Assembly (NCBI GenBank): GCA_002787155.1
Contig: PCVY01000065.1
Location: 65,286-129,285 of the forward strand
Direction: 5' to 3'
DNA from: Candidatus Abzuiibacterium crystallinum
GTDB taxonomy: Bacteria; Omnitrophota; Omnitrophia; Omnitrophales; Abzuiibacteriaceae
DNA: 64,000 nucleotides
Part shown: positions 19,565 to 29,277 of the stretch, in pieces
Numbering within the stretch: the stretch's first letter is position 1
How the letters are laid out: every line of letters starts with the position of its first letter
Notes under the pieces: model-generated
What the model was told of the DNA's origin: nothing
The model's input: only the letters and a program-made list of their open reading frames with translations
Databases searched by the model: none
Position numbers and translations under genes: made by a program

Positions 19565-22202
19565 CGACTTTTAAAGGCACTTTGAGTTTGGCGGCGCCTT
19601 CCATTTTGTCTTTCACCATTTTGGTTAAGTCCGTCAATTCGCTATCCGGAGCGTCAAAAACCAATTCGTCATGAACTTGAATCGCCATTAAACTTTCCCA
19701 TTTTCCCTGATCCAATGTTTTTTGAATTTCGATCATGGCTACTTTAATTAAATCTGCCGCCGAGCCTTGAATGGGTGCGTTGATGGCAGCCCGTTCTGCA
19801 AACTGTTTGAGCGACGGATTTGAAGAATTGATATCGGGAAAAAGCGAACGGCGGCCAAACATGGTGGTGAGGTAACCGTTTTTCCGGGCCAGTGTTTTTT
19901 GTGCTTCTAAGTAATCTTTAATTTGTGCATACCTCATAAAATAAGAATCGATGAAATGCTGTGCTTCCGGAATCGAAACCTTCAACTCCTGCGCTAACCC
20001 AAAAGCGCTCACGCCGTAAACAATGCTGAAGTTAATGGTTTTAGCAACATTGCGCATTTCCCGGGTGACGTCTTTTTCTTTCACACCGTAAAGCAGCGTG
20101 GCCGTAAAAGAATGAATATCTAAATCTTCTTTAAAAGCGCGCGTTAAATTCTTATCTTCGGATAAATGAGCCAGAATGCGCAACTCAATCTGTGAATAAT
20201 CAGCCGATACAATTTTTCGTTCCTTGCCGCGCGGGACAAATGCCCGCCTGATTTCACGCCCCGTTTCCGTTCGAATGGGAATGTTTTGCAAATTAGGATC
20301 AGAGCTCGAAAGCCTGCCCGTGGATGTCACCGTCTGATTAAAGGAGGCGTGAATCAAACCTGTTTCAGGATTAATCAATTCGGGAAAAGCATCTAAATAA
20401 GTAGACTTTAACTTCGATTTTTCTCGGTATGCCAGCAGCAACTTGGGAAGATCGTAAGTCTGAGCCAGTTTTTCGAGCACCCCGACATCCGTTGAATAAC
20501 CTGTTTTCGTCCGCTTGATGATGGGGAGTTTAAGTTTGTTAAATAAAATATCGGAAAGTTGCTTCGTAGAATTAATGTTAAATTCCTCACCGGCTTCTTT
20601 GTAAATTTGGCTGGTGAGACTGGCAAGATCTTTTTCCGCTTTTTGAGACAACTGCTTTAAGAAAGCCGTGTCAATGGCGACGCCGTTTTGTTCCATTTGA
20701 GCCAGTACCAGCAAAAGGGGCATTTCGATTTCCGCATATAACGCCTCCAGCTGATGCACCTGGAGCAATTTCCGGAGAATCGGAATCAATCGGGCCACAC
20801 AATCGGCGTCTTCACAAGCATATTCACTCACTTGATCAAGCGGCACGGCATCCATGCCAATTTGTTTTTTCCCGCTTCCCAATAAGTCTTTGGTGGCAAT
20901 TTTCCTGACTCCGATATATTCAAACGTCACATCATCCAAATTATGATTCAGTTTAATGGGGTTGATGAGATAAGAGGCGATCATGGTATCGAAGAATGGC
21001 CCTTGAAGCTCGATGCCGTGCCTTCTCAGGACCAGAAAATCATATTTGATGTTGTGTCCCCATTTGCTCTTTGATGACTGTTCAAGCAGGGATTTTATTT
21101 TTTTTTGTATGTTTTTCCATGCCAAACCGCCGCCTTGATGCTCAGGCTGCGAAACAGGGATGTAATAAGCCGTAAACGGCTCCCAGGAAAAACTAAGTCC
21201 CACCAAGCGGGCCGTCATCGGATCAACCGAGGTGGTTTCGGTATCAACCGCAAACCCTTTGGTTTTTTCTAACTTTTGAATTAATTGATCTAAATCTGAT
21301 TCTGTTTGAATGGTATGATAATTTCTCTTCTCTGTTTCAGCGACGCTCGCCGGGGCTAGTTCGTTTAATAAGCTGCGAAATTCGAAACGTTTGTAAAATT
21401 CTCCTAACTTATGCTGGTCTGCCGGATGGGGTTTCAACGCCTCCATATCCGTTTCAACAGGCACCTGACAATCAATGACAGCCAAATCTTTTGACAACAA
21501 TGCAATTTGTTGGTTTTCTTTCAATTTGGTTTGCCGCGAAGCGCCTTTAATTTTTCCTAAGTGCTCATAAATTTTTTCAACAGATCCATGTTCCTTAATC
21601 AATTCGAGCGCCGTTTTTTCTCCGATGCCCGGCACGCCGGGAATGTTATCAGAAGCGTCCCCCATGAGCCCCAACACATCAATAATTTGTGTCGGCCTCA
21701 GTCCCGAGAAAAGCGCTGAAACTTCTTTGGGCCCCATGATTTGTTCTTTGTGCGTATGAAAAATAGAAATGTGATCATCCACCAATTGAAAAGCATCTTT
21801 GTCACTTGTCACAATCAAGACTTTGTAATCTTCTTCTTTTGCCCGCTTGGCTAAGGTGCCAATGATATCGTCCGCTTCATAGCCCGCTAATTCAAAAGCC
21901 GCAATGCCATAAATGTGAAGAAACTCTTTGATATGAGGCATTTGCTCAATGAGCGGTTCCGGCATGGGTTTGCGATGTGCTTTATACTGTTCAAATTTTT
22001 TATGCCGAAAAGTAGGTTCTTTACGGTCAAAACAAACAGCCACAAGATCCGGCTTCAAATCCTGCAGGAGTTTCTTGAAGATGGTAATGAATCCATAAAT
22101 CGCATTCGTCGGCTCGCCTTTCGAACTGGTCAGCTCACGGATTGCATAAAAAGCCCGATAGCATAAGGACTGGCCGTCTACGAGCATTAGTTTTTGTGAC
22201 AT
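19530..22202 (-). CDS. polA: DNA polymerase I
   Basis: 890 aa with a 5'-3' exonuclease N-terminus and Klenow-like polymerase motifs (motif A DYSQIELR, motif B RRAFVPRGK-type). Confidence 0.9.
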   Translation of the reverse strand: MSQKLMLVDGQSLCYRAFYAIRELTSSKGEPTNAIYGFITIFKKLLQDLKPDLVAVCFDRKEPTFRHKKFEQYKAHRKPMPEPLIEQMPHIKEFLHIYGIAAFELAGYEADDIIGTLAKRAKEEDYKVLIVTSDKDAFQLVDDHISIFHTHKEQIMGPKEVSALFSGLRPTQIIDVLGLMGDASDNIPGVPGIGEKTALELIKEHGSVEKIYEHLGKIKGASRQTKLKENQQIALLSKDLAVIDCQVPVETDMEALKPHPADQHKLGEFYKRFEFRSLLNELAPASVAETEKRNYHTIQTESDLDQLIQKLEKTKGFAVDTETTSVDPMTARLVGLSFSWEPFTAYYIPVSQPEHQGGGLAWKNIQKKIKSLLEQSSKSKWGHNIKYDFLVLRRHGIELQGPFFDTMIASYLINPIKLNHNLDDVTFEYIGVRKIATKDLLGSGKKQIGMDAVPLDQVSEYACEDADCVARLIPILRKLLQVHQLEALYAEIEMPLLLVLAQMEQNGVAIDTAFLKQLSQKAEKDLASLTSQIYKEAGEEFNINSTKQLSDILFNKLKLPIIKRTKTGYSTDVGVLEKLAQTYDLPKLLLAYREKSKLKSTYLDAFPELINPETGLIHASFNQTVTSTGRLSSSDPNLQNIPIRTETGREIRRAFVPRGKERKIVSADYSQIELRILAHLSEDKNLTRAFKEDLDIHSFTATLLYGVKEKDVTREMRNVAKTINFSIVYGVSAFGLAQELKVSIPEAQHFIDSYFMRYAQIKDYLEAQKTLARKNGYLTTMFGRRSLFPDINSSNPSLKQFAERAAINAPIQGSAADLIKVAMIEIQKTLDQGKWESLMAIQVHDELVFDAPDSELTDLTKMVKDKMEGAAKLKVPLKVDVVHGGSWFKA

Positions 22203-22532
22203 AAATAAACGCTTTTGGATTCCCTTCTAGAAAAAGATTTTGATCAGGAATTGAATACTTTGTGGGTAACTGACTTGCAAGATGCTAAATTTTAGGATTA
22301 TTATAGGCTTATTAGATGATTCAGGTTAGTTTGAACACCGACAGGCATTGCCTGGCGATTCACTTTATTTTATGTAAAAACTTAATCTTCCGAAAGAACC
22401 TTTGTCTGCCACTTTATTTTAGGGAAACTCGGTAATGATGATGGGATCTTCGACAGGACTTCTTTCGATGTCAATATCGGTAATATAACGAATGTATGAA
22501 TAAAGTGCAAGTATTTTTTGCTGTTGATCAGC

Positions 22533-23645
22533 TTACCGGCCCCAACGCTTTTTAGGTGTTGGTGTGGTACTAACCGGTCCAAGAACATTGGATTTAGCAG
22601 CCTGCTGAATAAACTGGCCCTGATCATATGCGGTTTCTAAGGCTGACTCGTAGCTGATAATCCCTTTGGCGTAAAGATCTATTAAATGGCTGTCCAAGGT
22701 CCGCATGCCGAATTTGTGTCCGGTTTGAATTTCCGAAAAGATCTGAAAGGTTTTATTTTCCCGGATTAAGTTTGAAATCGCGGGTGTTTGGATCATGATT
22801 TCAAAAGCCGCGACACGTCCATCCTGATCAATGCGCGGAATCAGCGCTTGAGACACAACCGCGATTAAAGTGACTGAAAGCTGAACGCGAATTTGCGCCT
22901 GCTGGTGCGAAGGAAAAACGTCAATCACACGATCAACGGTTCTGGCAGCACCGGTGGTATGGAGTGTTGCAAATACCAAGTGCCCCGTTTCAGCTGCGGT
23001 GATGGCAGCTTCCATGGTCGCTAAGTCTCTCATTTCTCCGATCAGCAGAACGTCGGGGTCTTGACGCAGTGACTTGACGACCGCCTCAGAAAAAGATGGG
23101 ACGTCGACACCGACTTCGCGCTGAACAATGATGCCGCGTTTGTGTTCATGGACAAATTCGATCGGATCTTCAATGGTCACAATGTGTGCCGGATGATTCG
23201 CATTGATGTAATCAATCATGGTAGCCAATGTGGTTGATTTACCGCTGCCTGTCGGACCCGTCACCAAAATGAGACCGCGCGGCCGGTTGAGCAGCTGCAC
23301 CACCTTTTCCGGGATACCAATGGCATCAAAATCAAAAAATCGGTTCGGCAATAAACGAAGCACCATGCCGATGTAACTCTTTTGTCTGAAAGCAGAAACA
23401 CGCAACCGAGAGGTCTTCGCATAAGCAAAGCCAAAATCAACGCCGCCGACACGGTCTATTTTCTGCCGATGCGATTCATCGGTAATTGCGCGCATGTATT
23501 CTTCGGTATCCTGCTCGCTCAGTTCTTTGTCGCTAATGGAAACCAAATCCCCATTCAACCGAAAAGTAATTGGACGGCCTACTTCCAAATGAATATCAGA
23601 GGCACGTTTTTCAAAGGCGAGTTCGATGATTTCACGAATGTTCAT
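22533..23645 (-). CDS. pilT: Type IV pilus retraction ATPase PilT
   Basis: Walker A GPTGSGKST, Asp box, His box and the PilT-specific AISNLIRENK motif. Confidence 0.85.
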   Translation of the reverse strand: MNIREIIELAFEKRASDIHLEVGRPITFRLNGDLVSISDKELSEQDTEEYMRAITDESHRQKIDRVGGVDFGFAYAKTSRLRVSAFRQKSYIGMVLRLLPNRFFDFDAIGIPEKVVQLLNRPRGLILVTGPTGSGKSTTLATMIDYINANHPAHIVTIEDPIEFVHEHKRGIIVQREVGVDVPSFSEAVVKSLRQDPDVLLIGEMRDLATMEAAITAAETGHLVFATLHTTGAARTVDRVIDVFPSHQQAQIRVQLSVTLIAVVSQALIPRIDQDGRVAAFEIMIQTPAISNLIRENKTFQIFSEIQTGHKFGMRTLDSHLIDLYAKGIISYESALETAYDQGQFIQQAAKSNVLGPVSTTPTPKKRWGR

Positions 23646-23878
23646 TCAAACCAACTTTCTATAGTTAAAAGAAATCAATAATGTCTCGTTAAGGTGATAA
23701 CGGCTTAATTTAAAAAATCTTCACCCAAACCTTCTTACTAAAAGCTACCCGATAAAAAATCGGCTGTCTAGAACCGTTAGACAGATATCATATTATATTA
23801 CCGGGCAAGTCTTCCGGTGGCACCTGAAAAATAGTCATTTTTTACCCATAAGGCCGCTAATTTCATTGTCTAACGGCA

Positions 23879-24424
23879 CTAGGGCAAGTGAATAAACCGC
23901 AATCCGTAGAGCGTCATCAGATAAATAGCCGCTGTCATGAGCAGAATTGGCAGGCCTCTCCACAATCGAGGAACGTCCGATAATCTTATCCGCTCACTCA
24001 GCGCTATCACCGCCATGGAAAAGAAAATGCTGACAAAGGAAATCAACAGAATTTTGATGTGCTGTATTTCCCAGGAATCCCATTCGGATACTTGCAGCCA
24101 TGTCATTGTTAGAAATAAAACGGAAAATGTAGACAGGGATGGAAACGACTGCTTTTGTTTTTCAATGGATTTCCCTTCCATTTGAAATAACGTCATCAAT
24201 CCCTCCCCGACCGCACAGCTTAAAAAAGCAACAACGACCGCGGTCCACCAATCAAGCCCGATATCGAGAAAGAAACGGCGTATGATTTCTGTGACAATCA
24301 AAGCGATATAAATCATGACCCACAAACCGCCAATTGTGCGCATCAAAGTTCTCATTGATAAACCATAGAAAACTCTTTGAATCAGCGCAAGTACCAACAG
24401 GATTGCAAACCAATGCATGCTCAT
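23879..24424 (-). CDS. Small polytopic membrane protein, possibly a very divergent RnfA/RnfE (NqrDE-family)-like subunit
   Basis: 181-aa ORF with about 5 TM helices. The C-terminal ALSERIRLSDVPRLWRGLPILLMTAAIYL resembles the RnfA/RnfE C-terminus ([30 protein letters not shown]). The canonical LGLCP and TTNC motifs are absent. Confidence 0.35.
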   Translation of the reverse strand: MSMHWFAILLVLALIQRVFYGLSMRTLMRTIGGLWVMIYIALIVTEIIRRFFLDIGLDWWTAVVVAFLSCAVGEGLMTLFQMEGKSIEKQKQSFPSLSTFSVLFLTMTWLQVSEWDSWEIQHIKILLISFVSIFFSMAVIALSERIRLSDVPRLWRGLPILLMTAAIYLMTLYGLRFIHLP

Positions 24425-24894
24425 CGGTGCCGCCTCGCTAAATGCAGGATGCTTTGCACCCCCAGAAATGCCACAGCCATCACAAAAAAATAAGCCGGAT
24501 AAAATAAAGAAAATGCCAAACGCGTCTGGGTTTGGAGCGCTGCTGCCAAGAAAACAAACACCAAAAACAGAAGCCCCGCTTCCAAGCGCTCCACGGCTTT
24601 ACTTGACGTTTGAAGCAAGATAACAATTGAAATGATGCAAAAACTTAATTGAATGTCTGCCAACGGGAGAAAAATTCGGCGCAGTGTTTCAAGTAAGGTA
24701 AGACCTACGATGAGCGCTGCCAGTAAATGAAAGCCCGGCGCCAAAAACCGTTTTAAAAACGTTAAAAATAAATGCGTCAACAATAAAACCAAAAAGACAC
24801 TCAAACTTGCCCAAATTTTGTCATAGGCACTGCCATAAAGAATGACAAATGCAAGCGCGCTTAAAGCAATTCGTTCTAACTGATTTGATTTCAT
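24421..24894 (-). CDS. Small polytopic membrane protein, unknown, in the Rnf-like cluster
   Basis: 157-aa ORF with 4-5 TM helices and a 4-nt overlap with the downstream membrane protein gene. No recognisable motifs. Confidence 0.4.
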   Translation of the reverse strand: MKSNQLERIALSALAFVILYGSAYDKIWASLSVFLVLLLTHLFLTFLKRFLAPGFHLLAALIVGLTLLETLRRIFLPLADIQLSFCIISIVILLQTSSKAVERLEAGLLFLVFVFLAAALQTQTRLAFSLFYPAYFFVMAVAFLGVQSILHLARRHR

Positions 24895-24904
24895 CTTGAT
24901 CCGC

Positions 24905-25009
24905 TCACATGGTTATAAAATCAAGCCACCAATAACTCAATAAAAACAATAAAACTAACACCAAAATACTTTGTCTCATTCGTCTGGTTCTGATGGCAGT
25001 CTTTGTCAT
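24905..25009 (-). CDS. Unannotated 34-aa single-TM peptide (MTKTAIRTRRMRQSILVLVLLFLLSYWWLDFITM)
   Basis: ATG preceded by AGGAGA at -8. It starts 12 nt after the rnfD stop. Basic N-terminus followed by one hydrophobic helix. It falls below the 60-aa cut-off of the ORF track. Confidence 0.45.
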   Translation of the reverse strand: MTKTAIRTRRMRQSILVLVLLFLLSYWWLDFITM

Positions 25010-25020
25010 TTATTTTTCTC

Positions 25021-25917
25021 CTACGATCTCACAAACCGCGCGTACCGGTCCAGGAGAGGCGTTAAACCATTGATGATCAGCACCGAATAAGCCAGCGCTT
25101 CTATTCCGGTCAACCAGCTTTTGAAAAATAAGAAAAATAATGCGCATGCAATCCCCGCCCATATTCTGCCGCGTGATGTAATGGGACTCGTGCTTGAGTC
25201 CGGCAAAATGAAAAAAGCAAACAGAGCAATCGGGTGGCTCAGAAACAAACGGTCGATACGTATGCCGATGAGAAGCGCAAGTATCAGTAACGCGGCAAGG
25301 AAAGTGGCGGGTGTCCGTGGATCAATGCGCCGATGCCAAGCAAGCACCATACCGCCGATTAAAACCGCGATGGGACTCATGTTACCAAGCGTCGGTGCAT
25401 CGACTTGGAAAAACCACGCATAAAACGGAATGACTGCCTGCTGGGTACCATACTCATAAGCTCTGAGGTAAGGTGTGATTTCACCGGCAAAACAAGTCGC
25501 TAAAAAAATAAGACCGGCCAATGACGGATGAAAAATATACTGTCCCCAGCCGCCAAAACAAGCTTTCCCCGCCGCGATAACAAAGAAGACACCGAGCATC
25601 ACTGCCCACCAAGGCGTGTAGCGCGGTATCACCAGAATAAACAAAAGACACAACAAGAAACTGCTGCCGTCATCGATGGTAATTTCTTCCCGGTGAAAAA
25701 AAGCAAATAAATAGTCGCACATCAAGCCGCTTAAAACCGCAAAAATCAAAAGCCGTAGCGTATCCTGAAAATCAATGATGACGTTTAATAAAATGAGAGG
25801 CAATAAACCCAACGTAATTTGCCATGCCCAATAGGATGAAGAAAAACGGGAATGCCAATGCGGTGAAGTGGTCTTAGGAAACGTTTTTTTTAAGCGCTCC
25901 TTAGGGGACAACGGCAT
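25021..25917 (-). CDS. rnfD: RnfD/NqrB-family membrane subunit (short form)
   Basis: DGSSFLLCLLFILVIPRYTPWWAVMLGVFFVIAAGKACFGGWGQYIFHPSLAGL aligns to the E. coli RnfD block DNSALLTGLL...PWWMVVLG...GGLGQNPFNPAMIG. ILPDSSTSPITSRGRIWAG aligns to ILTDPVTASTTNRGRLIFG. It is about 55 aa shorter than typical RnfD. Confidence 0.75.
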   Translation of the reverse strand: MPLSPKERLKKTFPKTTSPHWHSRFSSSYWAWQITLGLLPLILLNVIIDFQDTLRLLIFAVLSGLMCDYLFAFFHREEITIDDGSSFLLCLLFILVIPRYTPWWAVMLGVFFVIAAGKACFGGWGQYIFHPSLAGLIFLATCFAGEITPYLRAYEYGTQQAVIPFYAWFFQVDAPTLGNMSPIAVLIGGMVLAWHRRIDPRTPATFLAALLILALLIGIRIDRLFLSHPIALFAFFILPDSSTSPITSRGRIWAGIACALFFLFFKSWLTGIEALAYSVLIINGLTPLLDRYARFVRS

Positions 25918-27235
25918 AAATTAAATCCTTTTCCGAATGCATGGATTCATATGGCGCGCCAAAATATGTTTGCTTGCCTTCTTTTAAAATATCTAATAAC
26001 GGGATGTTAGACGGGCACACAAAAGCGCAGTTGCCGCATTCGATACAATTTTGAAGTTGAAATGCCCGGACGACGGCACGGTCTTTTAGTCGAATACCCT
26101 TAATTAAAGTCTCCGGTACAAGATGTTCTGGGCAAGTTTCAACACATAATCCGCACCGGATGCAGGGCTTTTCCTTACCTTCATCAATAAATTCCTGCGC
26201 CAGTGCCACAATGCCGTTTACAGGTTTGGTGAGCGGTGTATTGAGATGAGAAAGAGAAACGCCCGTCATCGGACCGCCAAAAATCACGCGGACGGGATCT
26301 CGCAAAAACCCTTTGCAAGTTTTAATGGCATCATAAGCGCTGGTACCGATTCGAAACATCAAATTTTGAGGTTCCACAATGCAGTGGCCGGTGATTGTCA
26401 CCACGCGTTCAATCAGCGGTTTATGATACTTCACGGCCTCGTAGACCGCATAAGCGGTTGCCACATTATGAATTAACACTTTTACGTCATCGCGGTTCTT
26501 GGAAGGAATGCACGTTCGTTTTAACTCTGAATCACTGCCTTGCGGATAGCGAGCCGGCACTTGCTTGACCTCAATATCTTTGAAACCCAGCAGCCTGATT
26601 TTGCTAAGGATGATTTCGATACATTCTAATTTGTTATCTTCAATAGCGATTAAACATTTCTTGGCACCCGAAACGCACATGAGGAATCTTGCCCCATGCA
26701 AAATTTCAACGGCTTTATTGAACATCAGAATAAAGTCAGCCGTTAGAAACGGCTCTGATTCACAGCCATTCAAGATTAATAAATCACACGCCCCTTTGGT
26801 AGTTTGGTCTAACTTCAAGTGAGTCGGAAAACCCTTTCCGCCTAAGCCGACCAAACCAGCATTAAAAATACACTGCCGGATCTTATCACGTTCTGTATTT
26901 TTCCAATCCGGCTGCTCGACAATTTCTGCCTCCCACTCATCTTTTCCGTCACTTTCAAGGCGAATATAATCCGGCGTCACTTCCCGAACCGTACCGGAAA
27001 CACTGGCATGAATATGAGCCGAGAAATCGCCTTGTGCAGCTGCAATTTTAGCACCAGTTTTGACGGCTTCGCCGGAACGGACTAAAGGAATAGCCGGCAA
27101 ACCCTGGTGCTGTTTGAGCGGAAGTGTGACAAAAGCCGGGAGCGGCGCTTTCTTAAAATGGGGTGTTAAAAGACTGAGGGCTTTGTAATCCGGAAGTTTG
27201 ATGCCTCGGCGAAAAATCTTCATGCCAAAAATCAC
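25901..27235 (-). CDS. rnfC: RnfC-family electron transport complex subunit C
   Basis: PLKQH, GLVGLGGKGFPTHLKL, LILNGCESEPFLTAD, LIAIEDNK and VPARYPQGSDSEL motifs. Two 4Fe-4S motifs (CIRCGLCVETCP and CIECGNCAFVCPSNIPL). These match RnfC block by block. Confidence 0.85.
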   Translation of the reverse strand: MIFGMKIFRRGIKLPDYKALSLLTPHFKKAPLPAFVTLPLKQHQGLPAIPLVRSGEAVKTGAKIAAAQGDFSAHIHASVSGTVREVTPDYIRLESDGKDEWEAEIVEQPDWKNTERDKIRQCIFNAGLVGLGGKGFPTHLKLDQTTKGACDLLILNGCESEPFLTADFILMFNKAVEILHGARFLMCVSGAKKCLIAIEDNKLECIEIILSKIRLLGFKDIEVKQVPARYPQGSDSELKRTCIPSKNRDDVKVLIHNVATAYAVYEAVKYHKPLIERVVTITGHCIVEPQNLMFRIGTSAYDAIKTCKGFLRDPVRVIFGGPMTGVSLSHLNTPLTKPVNGIVALAQEFIDEGKEKPCIRCGLCVETCPEHLVPETLIKGIRLKDRAVVRAFQLQNCIECGNCAFVCPSNIPLLDILKEGKQTYFGAPYESMHSEKDLIYAVVP

Positions 27236-27260
27236 CTTTCAAAGGTTGTCATGAAGCTAT

Positions 27261-28463
27261 TTAAGCAAACAATAACTCTCTCATTCTGGTGCGGATGTGA
27301 GCAGAGCTTGCTTTCCCTTGTTCTGTTGAACGGCCGATCCAGCCGCCGCCTAAGACGATATCACCGTCGTAAAGAACGCATGCTTGACCGGGTGTAATGG
27401 CGTCTTGCGGTTCACGAAAGTTCACCTGCACATGATCATTCGAAAGAAATGAAAGCGTGGCTTCAGCTTTTTGATGCCGCGAACGAATTTTAGCTTGAAC
27501 GTGGTTAGGATTAATTTGTTCCAACGGGACAAACCAATTGATTCTTTCAACTTCACACCGTTGACTATAAACATCCTCTTTGGGACCGACAATGACCAGA
27601 TTTTCTTCGGGCAGGATATCAATCACATAAAGTGCGTGCGGATGCGCAATGTTAAGTCCTTTGCGTTGACCAATCGTAAAATGATAATAGCCTGGGTGCG
27701 TTCCTAACACGCTGCCTTCTTTGTCTCTGACTTGACCGACGTCCTCAGAAGCAGCGGCAGAAACCGCGCCCTGTTTTTCAAGAAAAGCACCGTAATCATT
27801 GCTGGGGATAAAACAAATTTCCTGCGAGTCGGGTTTATTGGCAACGCACAAGCCGATCCGGCCGGCAATTTCGCGAATCGTTTGTTTGGTATATTGACCA
27901 ACCGGCAGTTCGAGATGACTTAAGACATCTTGTGATAGCGGGAATAAAACATATGATTGGTCTTTGGCCGCATCTAACCCCTGGGAAACGACAAAATGTT
28001 GTTTGTGTTTGTCATATTTCAATTGCGCGTAATGCCCTGTTGCAATTTTGTCGTATCCAAGTTCGCGGGCTCTTTGTAAAAACAATTTAAATTTGATGTG
28101 CTCGTTACAAGCAATGCAAGGATTAGGCGTGTTTCCCTTCATATATTCATCGGTAAAGTAATCGACCACGTGGGTTTTGAATTCTTTCTCAAAATTAAAT
28201 ACGTGATAAGGAATCTCGAGGCGTTCTGCTACATCGCGCGCATCTTCAACACCAATTACCCCGCAGCACGATTTGGTATTTTTTTCTTCACAGTCGCCGC
28301 TTGCCCACGTGCGAATGGTAGCGCCGCCCACTTCCCAGCCTGCTTGCTGCAGTAAGTAAGCTGCGACTGACGAATCAACGCCTCCGCTCATGGCAACCAA
28401 TATTTTCTTTTTCATAATAACAATCCTGAATCCTGGGGTCAGGTTAGGGTCTGACCCCATCAA
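27261..28463 (-). CDS. mnmA: tRNA-specific 2-thiouridylase MnmA
   Basis: PP-loop ILVAMSGGVDSSVAAYLL. The likely true start is the internal MKKKIL (near 28415). The track ORF extends into the family A repeat, translating it as GSDPNLTP. Confidence 0.85.
   Translation of the reverse strand: MMGSDPNLTPGFRIVIMKKKILVAMSGGVDSSVAAYLLQQAGWEVGGATIRTWASGDCEEKNTKSCCGVIGVEDARDVAERLEIPYHVFNFEKEFKTHVVDYFTDEYMKGNTPNPCIACNEHIKFKLFLQRARELGYDKIATGHYAQLKYDKHKQHFVVSQGLDAAKDQSYVLFPLSQDVLSHLELPVGQYTKQTIREIAGRIGLCVANKPDSQEICFIPSNDYGAFLEKQGAVSAAASEDVGQVRDKEGSVLGTHPGYYHFTIGQRKGLNIAHPHALYVIDILPEENLVIVGPKEDVYSQRCEVERINWFVPLEQINPNHVQAKIRSRHQKAEATLSFLSNDHVQVNFREPQDAITPGQACVLYDGDIVLGGGWIGRSTEQGKASSAHIRTRMRELLFA
28435..28458. 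repeat. Family A palindromic element, copy 3
   Basis: cctGGGGTCAGgttaGGGTCTGACCCC, between bioD and mnmA. Confidence 0.8.
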
Positions 28464-28479
28464 TACTAACTAAGTTCAC

Positions 28480-29259
28480 TTAATAACCAAGTACCAGTGT
28501 TGGTTCTGGTTTTAATAAAGCATCAATATTAATACGATCTTTAAACACTTGGCCCAACTTGCCAAACTTACAATTTTCAACATCCAAATCTTCAAGCTCA
28601 GGCAACGAGCCCAAAATCGGTAGTCCGGTTAACTCATGCACCACTTTTGGGTTGGTGAGTTCCGCCAATGAAAAATTGACCAGGGGCGCCCGATTAAAAA
28701 TAATGCCTTTGATAATGAGTCCGCGGATAATCGCCGAATCAACCGTGAGTAAAGTATGATTGATGGCGCCCAAACCAATGGGTGACACAATTAAAATGGG
28801 CAATCCCAAATCACGGATCAAATTAGCCACGTAATACTTTTTTTGGATCGGGACCATTAAACCGCCGATGCCTTCCACAATCACATAATCATAATGATGA
28901 CAAAGTTGCTGATACGCATTCTTAATCGTTTGGACATCAACTTTGGTTTGTTCATAAATTTCCGCCACACTCGGCGCAACCGGGTTACGAAATCGAAACG
29001 GGCTGGTTAAAGGTGCATATTCATTTTCAGCCGCTTCAAACAAGTAAACAGCATCATGACTCACCAAGCGCTGATCAGATCCAATACAGCCTGTCGCAAC
29101 CGGCTTCATGACACCTACTTTTAATCCGCGCGCTTTCAGTGTCATGGCGAGACCCGCAGAAACGATGGTTTTACCTACACCTGTATCCGTGCCGACAACA
29201 AAAATTCCTTTGCCCATTCTATCGTCTCCCAAATTTCGCATCTTCTTTACGCCGCACAC
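28480..29259 (-). CDS. bioD: Dethiobiotin synthetase
   Basis: P-loop GTDTGVGKT and the MKPVATGC motif. The probable start is the internal MGKGIFV. Confidence 0.85.
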   Translation of the reverse strand: MCGVKKMRNLGDDRMGKGIFVVGTDTGVGKTIVSAGLAMTLKARGLKVGVMKPVATGCIGSDQRLVSHDAVYLFEAAENEYAPLTSPFRFRNPVAPSVAEIYEQTKVDVQTIKNAYQQLCHHYDYVIVEGIGGLMVPIQKKYYVANLIRDLGLPILIVSPIGLGAINHTLLTVDSAIIRGLIIKGIIFNRAPLVNFSLAELTNPKVVHELTGLPILGSLPELEDLDVENCKFGKLGQVFKDRINIDALLKPEPTLVLGY

Positions 29260-29277
29260 AGCGGCAAAAAGCGGAAA

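Noticed and set aside
22203-22532. 330-nt AT-rich intergenic region between polA and pilT (including ORF 22382-22627), considered as a possible sRNA or small gene
   Set aside because: No conserved hairpins, no repeat-family membership and no RBS-associated ORF. It cannot be supported from sequence alone.
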